From a virus (Duplodnaviria; Caudoviricetes), in IMG/VR virus record IMGVR_UViG_3300033076_001247, positions 1-64,000 of that record: a stretch of 64,000 nucleotides of DNA, one strand, 5' to 3'. Below, piece by piece: positions 26,490 to 35,402 of the stretch (position 1 is the stretch's first letter; each line of letters opens with the position of its first letter). A model generated the notes under the pieces. That model was not told where the DNA came from and did no database searches. It was given only the letters and a program-made list of their open reading frames with translations. The translations under genes were made by a program, and so were the position numbers.

Positions 26490-26812
26490 TGGTGGCCGAG
26501 GGACCGCGAATGGGACGGCAGCGGGTCCGCACGGTCGTCGTGCGCTGCGACTGCGGCACGGAGGCTCGGATGCACCTTGGCGCGTGGCTCGCCATCGACC
26601 CGGACGGAGCGACGAGCCGATCGTGCGGCTGCGCGCTCGTCGTGCGGCACGCGCGTCTGGGCGGACGACCGCCGAGACCAGGTCTGCGCGGCGTGTACGC
26701 CTCGCGAGGCGCATGGAAGGTCGAGCTCGGCGGCAGGTACTACGGGACTTTCGCGAGCGTGGAAGAAGCACAGGCGGCGGCGCTGGCAGTTGCCGAGAAG
26801 GAGACCCGATGA
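26480..26812 (+). CDS. AP2-like DNA-binding protein with a CDCG/SCGC Zn module
   Basis: CDCG...SCGC...RGV....AWKV.....YYGTF....EA; no HNH motif. Confidence 0.65.
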   Translation: MRVVVAEGPRMGRQRVRTVVVRCDCGTEARMHLGAWLAIDPDGATSRSCGCALVVRHARLGGRPPRPGLRGVYASRGAWKVELGGRYYGTFASVEEAQAAALAVAEKETR

Positions 26813-26985
26813 GGAACAACGTGGTCGTGGCAAAAGACGGAGAGGGCTACCGCGTGCGTTGTCCTGACTGCGGACTCGCGATGTGGTTGCAGACGCCCAT
26901 CGAGGTGACCGCGTTCGTGCGGACGATGAACGCCTGGGCGAAGCCGCACGACAAGTGCGCCCGCCGGGCGAAGGAGAGCCGATGA
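26809..26985 (+). CDS. Small Zn-ribbon protein
   Basis: CPDC...H..C. Confidence 0.55.
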   Translation: MRNNVVVAKDGEGYRVRCPDCGLAMWLQTPIEVTAFVRTMNAWAKPHDKCARRAKESR

Positions 26986-27503
26986 CCCTCGACGAAGCCG
27001 TGGCGCTGCTGCGGGAGGCGCAAGCCCAAGCCGAGAGCGTGGACGGACTGAGCGTTGCGCTGAGCCGCCGCATCGACGCGGCGCTGGCCGCGCACGACGC
27101 GGAGCGGGCGGAAGCCCTGCTGTTTTCGCCCGACCGATGCTGTCCCGGCTGCGGGAGCGTGCGCCTCGCCCTCGACGAAACGACGATGCTCTCGTCCTGC
27201 CCGCCGCAACGACCGGCCGAGTGCCGCAACTGCGGGAACAGGTTTGCGATCCCAGCGACCGGCTTCCTGATTGAGAAGCCGAAGGCCGGGTCATCTGCCG
27301 ACGAGACGAAGATCCTTCGCGAGCGGGTCAATCAACTCCTGAACCGCGACCGCGACGCGATCAAGTGGCGTGATCGTTGGCGCAGCGCCAACGCCGAAGG
27401 ACTGCGGTTGCGCGAGGCGTTGACGGAGATTGCTGTCGGCGACCACGAAGGACTGACACCCGAGGAACGAGCGCAGGTCGCGCTCGACGGAGACGAAGAA
27501 TGA
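26982..27503 (+). CDS. Modular hypothetical protein with a Zn ribbon
   Basis: CPGC...CRNC. Confidence 0.55.
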   Translation: MTLDEAVALLREAQAQAESVDGLSVALSRRIDAALAAHDAERAEALLFSPDRCCPGCGSVRLALDETTMLSSCPPQRPAECRNCGNRFAIPATGFLIEKPKAGSSADETKILRERVNQLLNRDRDAIKWRDRWRSANAEGLRLREALTEIAVGDHEGLTPEERAQVALDGDEE

Positions 27504-27721
27504 TGGGTTTGATTCTGTTGGGCGTCGGGTGCTTTGCGCTCGGCGGGCTGGTTGGGTTCTTCGGTGCGGTGGCCGCGTTCGCGCACGCAATCGCGCACAA
27601 CACGAAGGGCTTTCGGGACAAGCTCAAGAAGGACGTCGCGAGGGCCGAGAGCCTCGACCGCGCCGAGCGGACGATGGAGAAGATGCTCGCCGAGCTCAAG
27701 TCCGGGAAGGGGGAGCGATGA
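27500..27721 (+). CDS. Small membrane protein
   Basis: N-terminal transmembrane helix. Confidence 0.55.
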   Translation: MMGLILLGVGCFALGGLVGFFGAVAAFAHAIAHNTKGFRDKLKKDVARAESLDRAERTMEKMLAELKSGKGER

Positions 27722-27972
27722 ACACTCTGATGGTGTTTGTCGTCTTTGCGGGAGGGATGCTGTTCGGCTATCGCCTAACGCAGCCGCCATTCAAGCGAAC
27801 GTACAGGCTGAACCAGATGTGGAAAAGGTCGATGGCATGCTGCGGCGAGGTCATCCGCGCTCCCGTTTTTGACGACGACACCGGACGAGCCATCGCGACC
27901 TTGCGTGCCTTGGCAGCCGACCATTACGACCGATGCCCACTGAAAAAGGAGACGACCGATGACGAGTGCTGA
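27718..27972 (+). CDS. Small membrane protein
   Basis: N-terminal transmembrane helix; CC...H..C. Confidence 0.5.
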   Translation: MNTLMVFVVFAGGMLFGYRLTQPPFKRTYRLNQMWKRSMACCGEVIRAPVFDDDTGRAIATLRALAADHYDRCPLKKETTDDEC

Positions 27973-28207
27973 ACTCGACGCCATCCGGGAGCGCCTTGCT
28001 GCCGCGAAGGCGTGCAAGCCGTTCACCGGCTCGGTCGACGACATGATCTTCGGGCAGCGCGCCGCACAGGACGTCGAGGCGCTGCTCGCCGAGGTTGACC
28101 GGCTGCGCGAGGCACTCGAACTCGTCGCCTCGCCTCTCTCGCCGACAGTGACCGACCTTTGGGCCGGCGTTGAGACCGCGCGCAAGGCGCTGAAGGAGGG
28201 CAAATGA
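27959..28207 (+). CDS. Ead/Ea22-like small protein
   Basis: ELDAIRER...DVEALLAEVDRLR. Confidence 0.6.
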   Translation: MTSAELDAIRERLAAAKACKPFTGSVDDMIFGQRAAQDVEALLAEVDRLREALELVASPLSPTVTDLWAGVETARKALKEGK

Positions 28208-28725
28208 GCCTCATCACCCGCGAAGAACTAGACGCCGTCCGCAATCACATCAGCAACATTCCGCCCGTTGGTGCGATGTATGCGCCCGTGCTCGTCGAGC
28301 ACTGCCGAGCGTTGCTGGACGAGGTCGACCGACTGCAACTCGAGGCGAGCCACCATCTCGCGGCACTCGGCACCGCCGAGCTTCTGAAGGCCGTCTGGGG
28401 GCGCGAGCGGGAGAGGCTGCAAGGGCTGCTGTCGGAAGCGGGCGAAAGCGCCATACGGGCCCGCGTCGAAAACAAGTCCTTTCGCGAGCGCAACCGTCAC
28501 GACGAGGCCGTCGCCTTGCTGGCCGAGCAGGAGTGGATCACTGACGGACGAGAGTGTCTCGTCTACTGCATTCACTGCCGCCACCCAGAGAGCAAGGGCC
28601 ACGACGACAACTGCCGAGCGTTCGGGCGGCGTGGCGTTGTAACCGGCTGTCGCGAGGAGAGCGCAGCACAAGCGGCGCGCTTCGAGGCGATGATGCGCGA
28701 GATCGACAAGGCGGTGACGCCATGA
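28204..28725 (+). CDS. Ead/Ea22-like protein with a C-terminal Zn motif
   Basis: TREELDAVR...ALLDEVDRL; CIHC...H..C. Confidence 0.55.
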   Translation: MSLITREELDAVRNHISNIPPVGAMYAPVLVEHCRALLDEVDRLQLEASHHLAALGTAELLKAVWGRERERLQGLLSEAGESAIRARVENKSFRERNRHDEAVALLAEQEWITDGRECLVYCIHCRHPESKGHDDNCRAFGRRGVVTGCREESAAQAARFEAMMREIDKAVTP

Positions 28726-29276
28726 AGCCCGGCACCCTCACGGTCTACTCTGGCCCCATGTTTAGCGGGAAGACCACGGCGCTCCTGTCGCACCTTCGCC
28801 GCTGGGAACTCGCCCGCCGGAAGGTGTGCGTCTACAAGCCATGCATCGACGACCGCTACGACCCCGAGTTCGTCGTCACGCACGGCAAGGACAAGACGCC
28901 GGCGCAGGTCGCCGCGACGAGTGCGGAGGTGCTTCGGCACGCGCTGTCGACGCGGCCGGAGCTCGTCGGCATCGACGAGGCGCAGTTTTTTGACGACGGC
29001 CTCGTCTTCGACGTCGAGCACCTGCGGCGGGAGGGCATCAGCGTCGTCGTTGCGGCGCTCGACCGGACCTCGACCGGCGAGCCCTTCGGGTGCGTGCCGA
29101 CGCTGCTCGCCCTGGCCGACGCCGTTCACAAGCTCTCGGCCGTCTGCGTGCGCTGCGGCGCTGACGCGACGCGCAGCTACCGCACGGCGTCTGCCGACGA
29201 CGTCGTAATGGTCGGCGGAGCGGACAAGTACGAGGCGAGGTGCGCGGCGTGCTGGACGCGCGGAGGTGCGGCATGA
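28722..29276 (+). CDS. tdk: Thymidine kinase
   Basis: GPMFSGKT, IDEAQF, AVC..CG, GG...YEARC..C. Confidence 0.95.
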   Translation: MKPGTLTVYSGPMFSGKTTALLSHLRRWELARRKVCVYKPCIDDRYDPEFVVTHGKDKTPAQVAATSAEVLRHALSTRPELVGIDEAQFFDDGLVFDVEHLRREGISVVVAALDRTSTGEPFGCVPTLLALADAVHKLSAVCVRCGADATRSYRTASADDVVMVGGADKYEARCAACWTRGGAA

Positions 29277-29602
29277 CGACCGCCGAGCCCCGAGTCCCGC
29301 ACGGCACCCGCTCGCGCTACGTCGGCCACGGCTGCCGGTGCCAACCCTGCCGTGACGCGAACGCAACCGACCGCAGAGCTCGGTTGGTGCGGCGTCCGCT
29401 CGTCGACGCTGCGCCCGTTTCTGCCCATGTCCGCGCGCTACAGGCCGCCGGCCTCTCGCGGGCGCGTATTGCTCGAGCTGCACGGGTCGGCGAGTCCACA
29501 CTCGACCGCGTCTGCCGAACGCTAGGCGCGCGGATGCTGCCGAACCTCGCCAAGCGTATCCTGCGTGTGCGACCGCCGGTCGAGGCGCGTCGTGGCGGCT
29601 AG
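29273..29602 (+). CDS. Zn-binding HTH protein
   Basis: HGT...Y..GCRC..C followed by LSRARIARAARVGESTL. Confidence 0.7.
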   Translation: MTTAEPRVPHGTRSRYVGHGCRCQPCRDANATDRRARLVRRPLVDAAPVSAHVRALQAAGLSRARIARAARVGESTLDRVCRTLGARMLPNLAKRILRVRPPVEARRGG

Positions 29603-29837
29603 GGCTCGACCAGGCTGCGTCGGCTGGTGCGACGACTGCTATGGGCGGCACACGCAGGAGCGGCGGCTCGCCATCCTGCGCCTCTGCCTGCACCTAACGA
29701 CCGAGGAGCTGCGCCTCGCCTGGGCGCACTTCTGGCCGGCGACGGAGGCGGGAAAAAAGCTGCTGCACCGCGACCGAAAGGCGCTGAAACAGGCTCAAAA
29801 CGACGCCGTGCGTTTTTCTGTTGACCGGCACATGTAG
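29592..29837 (+). CDS. Hypothetical protein (possible HTH)
   Basis: C..WC..C then a helical region; start uncertain. Confidence 0.4.
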   Translation: MAARARPGCVGWCDDCYGRHTQERRLAILRLCLHLTTEELRLAWAHFWPATEAGKKLLHRDRKALKQAQNDAVRFSVDRHM

Positions 29838-29890
29838 CCGTGGCAAGGTTGCCTACACCGACGCACTGACGCGGCGGCACGGAGACGACG
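29813..29890 (+). promoter_or_regulatory. Promoter-hairpin cassette P2
   Basis: T-tract, TTGACC-17-CAAGGT, hairpin 29858-29877, ACGGAGA SD. Confidence 0.75.
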
Positions 29891-30139
29891 ATGACCCTGA
29901 CGACCTCGACGACCTACGGCACCTCGACCATCACGGCGACGCTCAACACCGAGACCCTCCGCGTCTCGCTCGATGTTGACGGTATCTGGGCGGGCGACGG
30001 CAAGTGGAGCACCACCCGCAAGACCGGTGGCTGCATCGTCGACTGCGGCGCGCTCCTGGTCCGCGACGACGACGACGCCACCGAGGCCGCCTACCGCGCT
30101 CTCGACGCCGGCCTCCGCGCGCAACTCGCGACCCGCTAG
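29891..30139 (+). CDS. Early small protein
   Basis: First ORF after P2. Confidence 0.65.
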   Translation: MTLTTSTTYGTSTITATLNTETLRVSLDVDGIWAGDGKWSTTRKTGGCIVDCGALLVRDDDDATEAAYRALDAGLRAQLATR

Positions 30140-30169
30140 ACCACTGACACCCTGCCGCGACGGCAGGGC

Positions 30170-30472
30170 ATGGAGACGCCAATGCGAGCGAACGTCCGCT
30201 TCCGATACTGGGCCGAGACCGCCGACGAGCAGGACACTGTTGAGCTGACCGTCCGCGCCGAGGTCGACGCCGGCGTCGAGCCCGTCACCGACCGCCGCCC
30301 CGAGCACTGCCATGAGGGCGAGCCGGCGAGCGTCATCGACGTCGAGGTGCTCGACGAGAACCTGCAGCCGCTCACAATCACGCAGATCGGCGAGCGATTC
30401 GTCGGCGGCACCTACGGGAACATCATCCGAGAGGTGCTCCGCTCCCGCGTCGAGCTCCCCGACCCCCACTGA
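30170..30472 (+). CDS. Acidic hypothetical protein
   Basis: Codon usage fits the genome. Confidence 0.6.
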   Translation: METPMRANVRFRYWAETADEQDTVELTVRAEVDAGVEPVTDRRPEHCHEGEPASVIDVEVLDENLQPLTITQIGERFVGGTYGNIIREVLRSRVELPDPH

Positions 30473-30528
30473 CACACACCGCCGCGACGAGCGGCACAAC
30501 GCGGCACCTCGCCGCACAGGAGGCCACG

Positions 30529-31602
30529 ATGGCCGTCGAAACCAAGGAGCAGTTCCAGAACCGCGCGCTCGCTACCACCGCGACGAACGGCGCGACGCCG
30601 ATGCGTTACGAGGCGCCGGTCCAGGGCGTCAACACGCTCGCCTACGAGCCCACCAACCTCGACGAGGCGTTCCGCATGGCGCAGATCCTCGTCTCGAGCG
30701 GCTTGACGCCGCGCGGTGTCGACACGCCCCAGAAGGCGTTCCTCATCATGGCGCAGGGACGCGAGCTCGGCTTGAGCACGATGCAGTCGCTCGGCAACAT
30801 CTACGTCGTGGAGGGCAAGGTCTCGCTGTCCTCCGACCTGATGGCCGCGATGGTGCTCAAGAGCGCCGTCTGCGAGTACCTCCGCGTTATCGAGATGACC
30901 CCGGAGCGCGCCACCTACGCCGCGAAGCGAAAGGGCGGCGCCGAGTTCCGCTTCTCGTTCTCGTGGGAGGACGCCGTCAAGGCGGGCCTTACGAACCGGC
31001 CGAACTACAAGGCGAACCCGGCGGACATGCTGCGGCACCGCGCGTTGAGCAAGTGCGTCCGCGCCGTCTTCCCCGACGTCGTCGCCGGCCTGTACTCCCG
31101 CGACGAGGCCGAGGACATCGTTGACGTCACCCCGCGTCAGGTCATCGCCGAGGTCGTCCATGCTGCGGCCGAGACGGCGACGCAGCCCGCGCTGCCCGCC
31201 GCGACGAAGGTCCGCAAGCGCACTCCCGCGCAGCCGGTCTCCGCGCCCGTCGTCCAGGTGCAGCCGGCGCCCGAGCCCGAGCCGGTCGTCGAGGAGACCG
31301 TCGCGCAGGAGCAGATCGAGGACGCCGCGCCCGTCGCCGGTCCGCACCGCAACGACGACGGCGCCATCATCGACCCGCTTACGGGCGAGGTGCTCGACGG
31401 CTTTGAGGCCGGCGCGTTCGCCACCGTCGGCGACAGCACGACCGAGGAGGCGTTGACCGCCGCGCAGCGCACCGTCTCGGACGCGAAGCCGATGCTCTCG
31501 CCGAGCCGCTACTCCGCGCTCGCCTGGACGTACTTCTGGGCGCGGAAGACCGTGCTCGGCAAGGACGCGCCCGCCCAGTACCAGCAGCTCCGCGCAATCT
31601 GA
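30529..31602 (+). CDS. RecT-like single-strand annealing protein
   Basis: GLSTMQSLGNIYVV.GK...AGL......YP..ML..RA-like segment, FPDVVAGLY; next to an exonuclease and SSB. Confidence 0.8.
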   Translation: MAVETKEQFQNRALATTATNGATPMRYEAPVQGVNTLAYEPTNLDEAFRMAQILVSSGLTPRGVDTPQKAFLIMAQGRELGLSTMQSLGNIYVVEGKVSLSSDLMAAMVLKSAVCEYLRVIEMTPERATYAAKRKGGAEFRFSFSWEDAVKAGLTNRPNYKANPADMLRHRALSKCVRAVFPDVVAGLYSRDEAEDIVDVTPRQVIAEVVHAAAETATQPALPAATKVRKRTPAQPVSAPVVQVQPAPEPEPVVEETVAQEQIEDAAPVAGPHRNDDGAIIDPLTGEVLDGFEAGAFATVGDSTTEEALTAAQRTVSDAKPMLSPSRYSALAWTYFWARKTVLGKDAPAQYQQLRAI

Positions 31603-31667
31603 CCGCCCATCCAGTTCGTCGAGCCGAACCACGGCCGCTGGCAGGCGGCCCACCGAAAGGATGAGCT

Positions 31668-32900
31668 ATGCCGAGCAGAATCTCCGGCTCCAAATTGCCG
31701 CTCGTCTCGCACTGCCGCGCTGCGTTCGCGCCCGACGTCGTCTGGCCGCCGTCGCCTCCCGGTCGTCCCGCCATCTACGGCACCGCGTTTCATGCGGCGG
31801 TCGAGCTCTGGTACGCGAGCGGCGAGGTCGACCTCGACGGCATCGCCGCGAAGCACGGCCTCGACCTTGAGGAGGCCGCCCGCCTCGAGCGCGCCTTCGA
31901 CGGTTGGTCGACGTCCCGCGTCGCGAGCCTGTCCGACGCGACGCCCGAGTGGGGCGCCGGCTACGACACCGCCACCGGCACCGTCGTCCTTTTGCCGCGA
32001 GGCGAGGGCCGCGCCGCGTACGACGGCCTTCCGAGCACCGTGATCTGCGCGACGCTCGACCTCGTGCGCGTCGACGAGCAGAGCAAGAGCGGCGAGGTCC
32101 ACGACTGGAAGACCGGCAGGACGAAGCTCCCGAAGGCCAAGGAAAACTGGCAGCTCCTCTTCGGCGCGATGCTTCTCGCCCGCGCATACGACCTCGACAG
32201 CGTCCGCGTCTACCTGCACACGGTCGACGAGGACGGCGAGCTCCGCACGAGCGAGGGCGAGGTCGATGCCATCGAACTGGACGGCGTCGAGGCCAACGTC
32301 ACCCGCTGGCAGCGCGAGGCGACCGAGCGGCCGAAGCTCAACCCCGGCGAGCACTGCGTCGGGCTGTACTGCCCCATCCGCGCGACCTGCTCGAAGACCA
32401 ACGAGGCCACCGACGAGCTCGCGCCCGTCCCGCTGACCGAGGGCGTCGTCTACCCGCTGACCGGCGCCATCGAGTCGCCCCAGCAGGCGCTCTGGATTCT
32501 CCATCGCGTCAAGGCCGTGCAGGCGGCGGTCGACCTCGCCGAGAAGGCCGTCCGCGCCTACGTCGACGAGCGGCAGGGCATCGAGGTCGACGGCAAGTGG
32601 TACGGCCGACACCTCGACACCTGGACGGAGCCCGACCTCTCGACGCTCGACGAGACGAAGTACGCAACGCTCGCCCGACTCGACCTGCAGAACGCCGTCG
32701 AGCACAAGCTCGGGACGACGAAGCTCAAGGCCGAGATCAAGGCGCGCGGGCTCAAGGGCAAGGCGCTTGAGGCCGCCTACGAGATGGCGCTTGAGGAGCT
32801 CGGCGCCGCCGGCATGACGAAGACGAAGACGCGCGCGGTCTACACCGCCCGCAAGCAGCGCCCCGAGCCCGTTGTGGCCGGGACCGCCGAGGAAGAGTGA
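31668..32900 (+). CDS. PD-(D/E)XK (Cas4-like/RecB-family) exonuclease
   Basis: LDL...HDWKTG...QL...; PGEHC..YCP....C. Confidence 0.8.
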   Translation: MPSRISGSKLPLVSHCRAAFAPDVVWPPSPPGRPAIYGTAFHAAVELWYASGEVDLDGIAAKHGLDLEEAARLERAFDGWSTSRVASLSDATPEWGAGYDTATGTVVLLPRGEGRAAYDGLPSTVICATLDLVRVDEQSKSGEVHDWKTGRTKLPKAKENWQLLFGAMLLARAYDLDSVRVYLHTVDEDGELRTSEGEVDAIELDGVEANVTRWQREATERPKLNPGEHCVGLYCPIRATCSKTNEATDELAPVPLTEGVVYPLTGAIESPQQALWILHRVKAVQAAVDLAEKAVRAYVDERQGIEVDGKWYGRHLDTWTEPDLSTLDETKYATLARLDLQNAVEHKLGTTKLKAEIKARGLKGKALEAAYEMALEELGAAGMTKTKTRAVYTARKQRPEPVVAGTAEEE

Positions 32901-33349
32901 TGGGCATGCTCACGAAGCTCGCCGAGGAGACGGCGAAGAAGCCTCGCACCCGCAAACCGAAGGTCGTCCCGCTCGACGCGCCGGCGCCGTCGGTCGTCGA
33001 CCGCATCGCCGAGCAGCAGGCGGCGCTTTACGCCGACCACCCCGACGTCGTCAGCCAGGCAAAGGCGTTCGCCGCGCAGCGCCTCGCCGACGCGATGGCG
33101 ACCGAGGCCGAGGCCCGCGCCGCGATGGCGAAGGAGATGCTCGCGAAGGTGACCGCCGAGCGCCGGGCGATGGACGTCCGCGCCGCCCTCGACGGGCGCG
33201 ACGAGCTCCTCGCGCAGCACACGCAGCTTCTCCGGCTCGCCCGAGGCTGGCTGCTCGGCGAGCACGGAAACGACCCGAACGTCCAAAGCCGAGCGCAGTC
33301 GGTCATTACCCTCGCGAGCGAGCTGCGCCTCGCCACGCGCGAAAGCTAG
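32897..33349 (+). CDS. Coiled-coil hypothetical protein
   Basis: GTGA-coupled. Confidence 0.6.
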   Translation: MMGMLTKLAEETAKKPRTRKPKVVPLDAPAPSVVDRIAEQQAALYADHPDVVSQAKAFAAQRLADAMATEAEARAAMAKEMLAKVTAERRAMDVRAALDGRDELLAQHTQLLRLARGWLLGEHGNDPNVQSRAQSVITLASELRLATRES

Positions 33350-33355
33350 ACGAAC

Positions 33356-33769
33356 ATGGCATCCAACGGATTGAACAAGGCGAGCCTCATCGGAAACCTC
33401 ACGAAAGACCCAGAGATCCGATTCACGCAGGGCGGGCAGGCGGTGGCAAACTTTGTCGTGGCGACGAACGAGTCGTGGACCGGCAAGGACGGCAACACCA
33501 CCGAGAAGACCGAGTTCCACAATGTGTCGTGTTGGGGCGGACTCGCCAAGGCGTGCGGTGACTATCTCAAGAAGGGCTCGCGCGTTTACGCCGAAGGCCG
33601 CATCACCTACCGCAAGGTCGAGAAGCCCGACGGGCAGACCAAGTACTACACGGAGATCGTCGCCCGCGAGGTGCTGTTCCTGACCTCGCCGAAGGACCGG
33701 CAGCAGGTTTCCGAGGCTGCGACGGACGCCGGATTCGGCGCGGAGCCGGAGACCGACTTCCCCTTCTAG
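33356..33769 (+). CDS. ssb: Single-stranded DNA-binding protein
   Basis: NKASLIGNLTKDPE...YLKKGSRVYAEG; acidic tail TDFPF. Confidence 0.95.
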   Translation: MASNGLNKASLIGNLTKDPEIRFTQGGQAVANFVVATNESWTGKDGNTTEKTEFHNVSCWGGLAKACGDYLKKGSRVYAEGRITYRKVEKPDGQTKYYTEIVAREVLFLTSPKDRQQVSEAATDAGFGAEPETDFPF

Positions 33770-33783
33770 GCTCGCTCTGATAG

Positions 33784-33825
33784 CCTCTCGGTAACGGTCC
33801 CACTACGGAGGCCGTTACTGAGAGG
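33784..33825 (+). promoter_or_regulatory. RBS-sequestering hairpin upstream of the HNH-AP2 gene
   Basis: CCTCTCGGTAACGG...CCGTTACTGAGAGG; the 3' arm holds GAGAGG 5 nt before the ATG. Confidence 0.65.
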
Positions 33826-33830
33826 ACAGC

Positions 33831-34529
33831 ATGAGAGGCGTGAAGGACAAGATTGAGCCGGGGTATCGCTCCCGAATGCTAACCGTCATTCGAGAGGTCG
33901 ACGGACTTCCGAAGGGCTCGCTCCGTCAAGTTGAGATTCAGTGCGACTGCGGTCGACGGAAAGTCATGGCGTGGCGCGATGCCAAGTACGGACGAATACA
34001 GTCCTGCGGTTGCATTACGATAGGCGAACGAGGCACGGCCGAGCCAGCAGCAGTCGCAGGCGCAAGGTGGATTCCAACAACACAGGGCAAATGGACGCTC
34101 GTTGACGAAGATGTTTATCCGTCTGTCTCTCGCTTGCGTTGGTCGCTGAGTGGTGGTGAGCGTGCATATGCCTGCTCGCGAACAGGTAAGAGGTTCGTTC
34201 GTCTTCATCACTTGGTCGTCGGTGAGCCTCCGGCGCGAATGCAGGTCGATCACATCAACGGCGACAGGCTCGACAACCGACGATGCAATCTGCGATTCGC
34301 CACGAACGCACAGAACTGTCAGAACAAAAGGCCGAGAGCGGGCTTCAGATGGAAGGGCATACGCAAAAACAAGTGGGGATGGATTGCTCGCGTGCGGACC
34401 AAGGAAGGCCGGATTTACCTCGGCACGTTCAAGACAGAGGTCGACGCCGCTCGCGCCTACAACGAGGCCGCCAAGCGACTGCATGGCGAGTTCGCCTGGC
34501 TCAATCCGATTCCCGATGAGGTAGACTGA
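33831..34529 (+). CDS. HNH-AP2 homing endonuclease
   Basis: CDCG/SCGC, VDHINGDRLDNRRCNLR, AP2 motif YLGTF..EVDAARAYN; visibly more AT-rich than its flanks. Confidence 0.9.
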   Translation: MRGVKDKIEPGYRSRMLTVIREVDGLPKGSLRQVEIQCDCGRRKVMAWRDAKYGRIQSCGCITIGERGTAEPAAVAGARWIPTTQGKWTLVDEDVYPSVSRLRWSLSGGERAYACSRTGKRFVRLHHLVVGEPPARMQVDHINGDRLDNRRCNLRFATNAQNCQNKRPRAGFRWKGIRKNKWGWIARVRTKEGRIYLGTFKTEVDAARAYNEAAKRLHGEFAWLNPIPDEVD

Positions 34530-34923
34530 GCACCGGCCGCGCGTTCCGACGGCGGCCCTCGGTCCCGACATCGCCGAGGTGCCGCAAAACGCGAGACGAG
34601 AGAGCGCGACGGAGTCCACCGTCGACACACACGCTGGTCGGCAGCGCAGGAGGGGCGAGCCGACGAAGTACCTGGACCGGGTCCGTGGCTGACCCAGAGC
34701 GGGGACAACGACCTCCACCTCGCGAAGAGACAGGGAGCCGAGTCGCACCGCTACGCGACGACAAGGCTGGCCGGCAGCGGTGGAAAGGTCGGGCGGAATC
34801 CGCCGCACGACCGACGGGGCGAGCCGGCACTACCAGCAGCACCACGACGGCCTCGGGCTCACGCTCGGGGCCGTCGTCTTTCGTGCGTCGGCGTGTCCCC
34901 AGTCCCGTGATAAAGACGACGGC
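34530..34923 (+). ncRNA. Candidate structured leader or ncRNA
   Basis: About 390 nt with no convincing CDS, several hairpins and competing stems at 34844-34923. Confidence 0.35.
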
Positions 34924-35148
34924 ATGACAACGCCCGAAGGCGAGAACCTCGCAGTCGACCCCCTCGAAGTCTACGAACGAGCTGCCCGCGAAAGCCTCCG
35001 CGCCCGCGTCGTCGAGATTCTGCTCCAGCAGCAACTCGTCTACGCGCATCAGCCGACGTTCACGGGCAAGGACGAGGAGACCCGCGAGGAGGTGCTCCGA
35101 GTCCTCGTTCGCGTGCTCGATATGGTCGCCGACACGGGCCTCGAATGA
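34924..35148 (+). CDS. Hypothetical protein
   Basis: MTTPEGENL...; coupled to the next gene. Confidence 0.6.
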   Translation: MTTPEGENLAVDPLEVYERAARESLRARVVEILLQQQLVYAHQPTFTGKDEETREEVLRVLVRVLDMVADTGLE

Positions 35149-35402
35149 CCGACGCTGAGATGGACGCGCTGCACGCCCGCGCCAAAGCCGCGCCGGCCGA
35201 CCGCTGCTGCTACGCCCTCGCCGAGCTCGGCCAGCACGCCTACGGCTGCGACCGGCAGCGGCACCCGGCCCGCATCGTCGTCCCGGTGCGAGAGATCGCC
35301 TGGTTGATCGACGAGGTGCGCCTGCTCCGCGAGCAGCTCGATGCCGCCCTCGCCGACCGCGCCGCCCTGCGCGAGCGCGCGAACCGAACGGAGACCCGGT
35401 AG
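35145..35402 (+). CDS. Ead/Ea22-like small protein
   Basis: TDAEMDALHAR...IAWLIDEVRLLR. Confidence 0.55.
   Translation: MTDAEMDALHARAKAAPADRCCYALAELGQHAYGCDRQRHPARIVVPVREIAWLIDEVRLLREQLDAALADRAALRERANRTETR

Noticed and set aside
31668-32900. Cas4-like nuclease as evidence of CRISPR
   Set aside because: It sits in a recT-exonuclease-ssb recombination module; I saw no repeat-spacer array or other cas genes.
33770-34923. Group I/II intron or tRNA around the HNH-AP2 gene
   Set aside because: No interrupted host gene, no recognisable intron core motifs and no cloverleaf with a T-loop.
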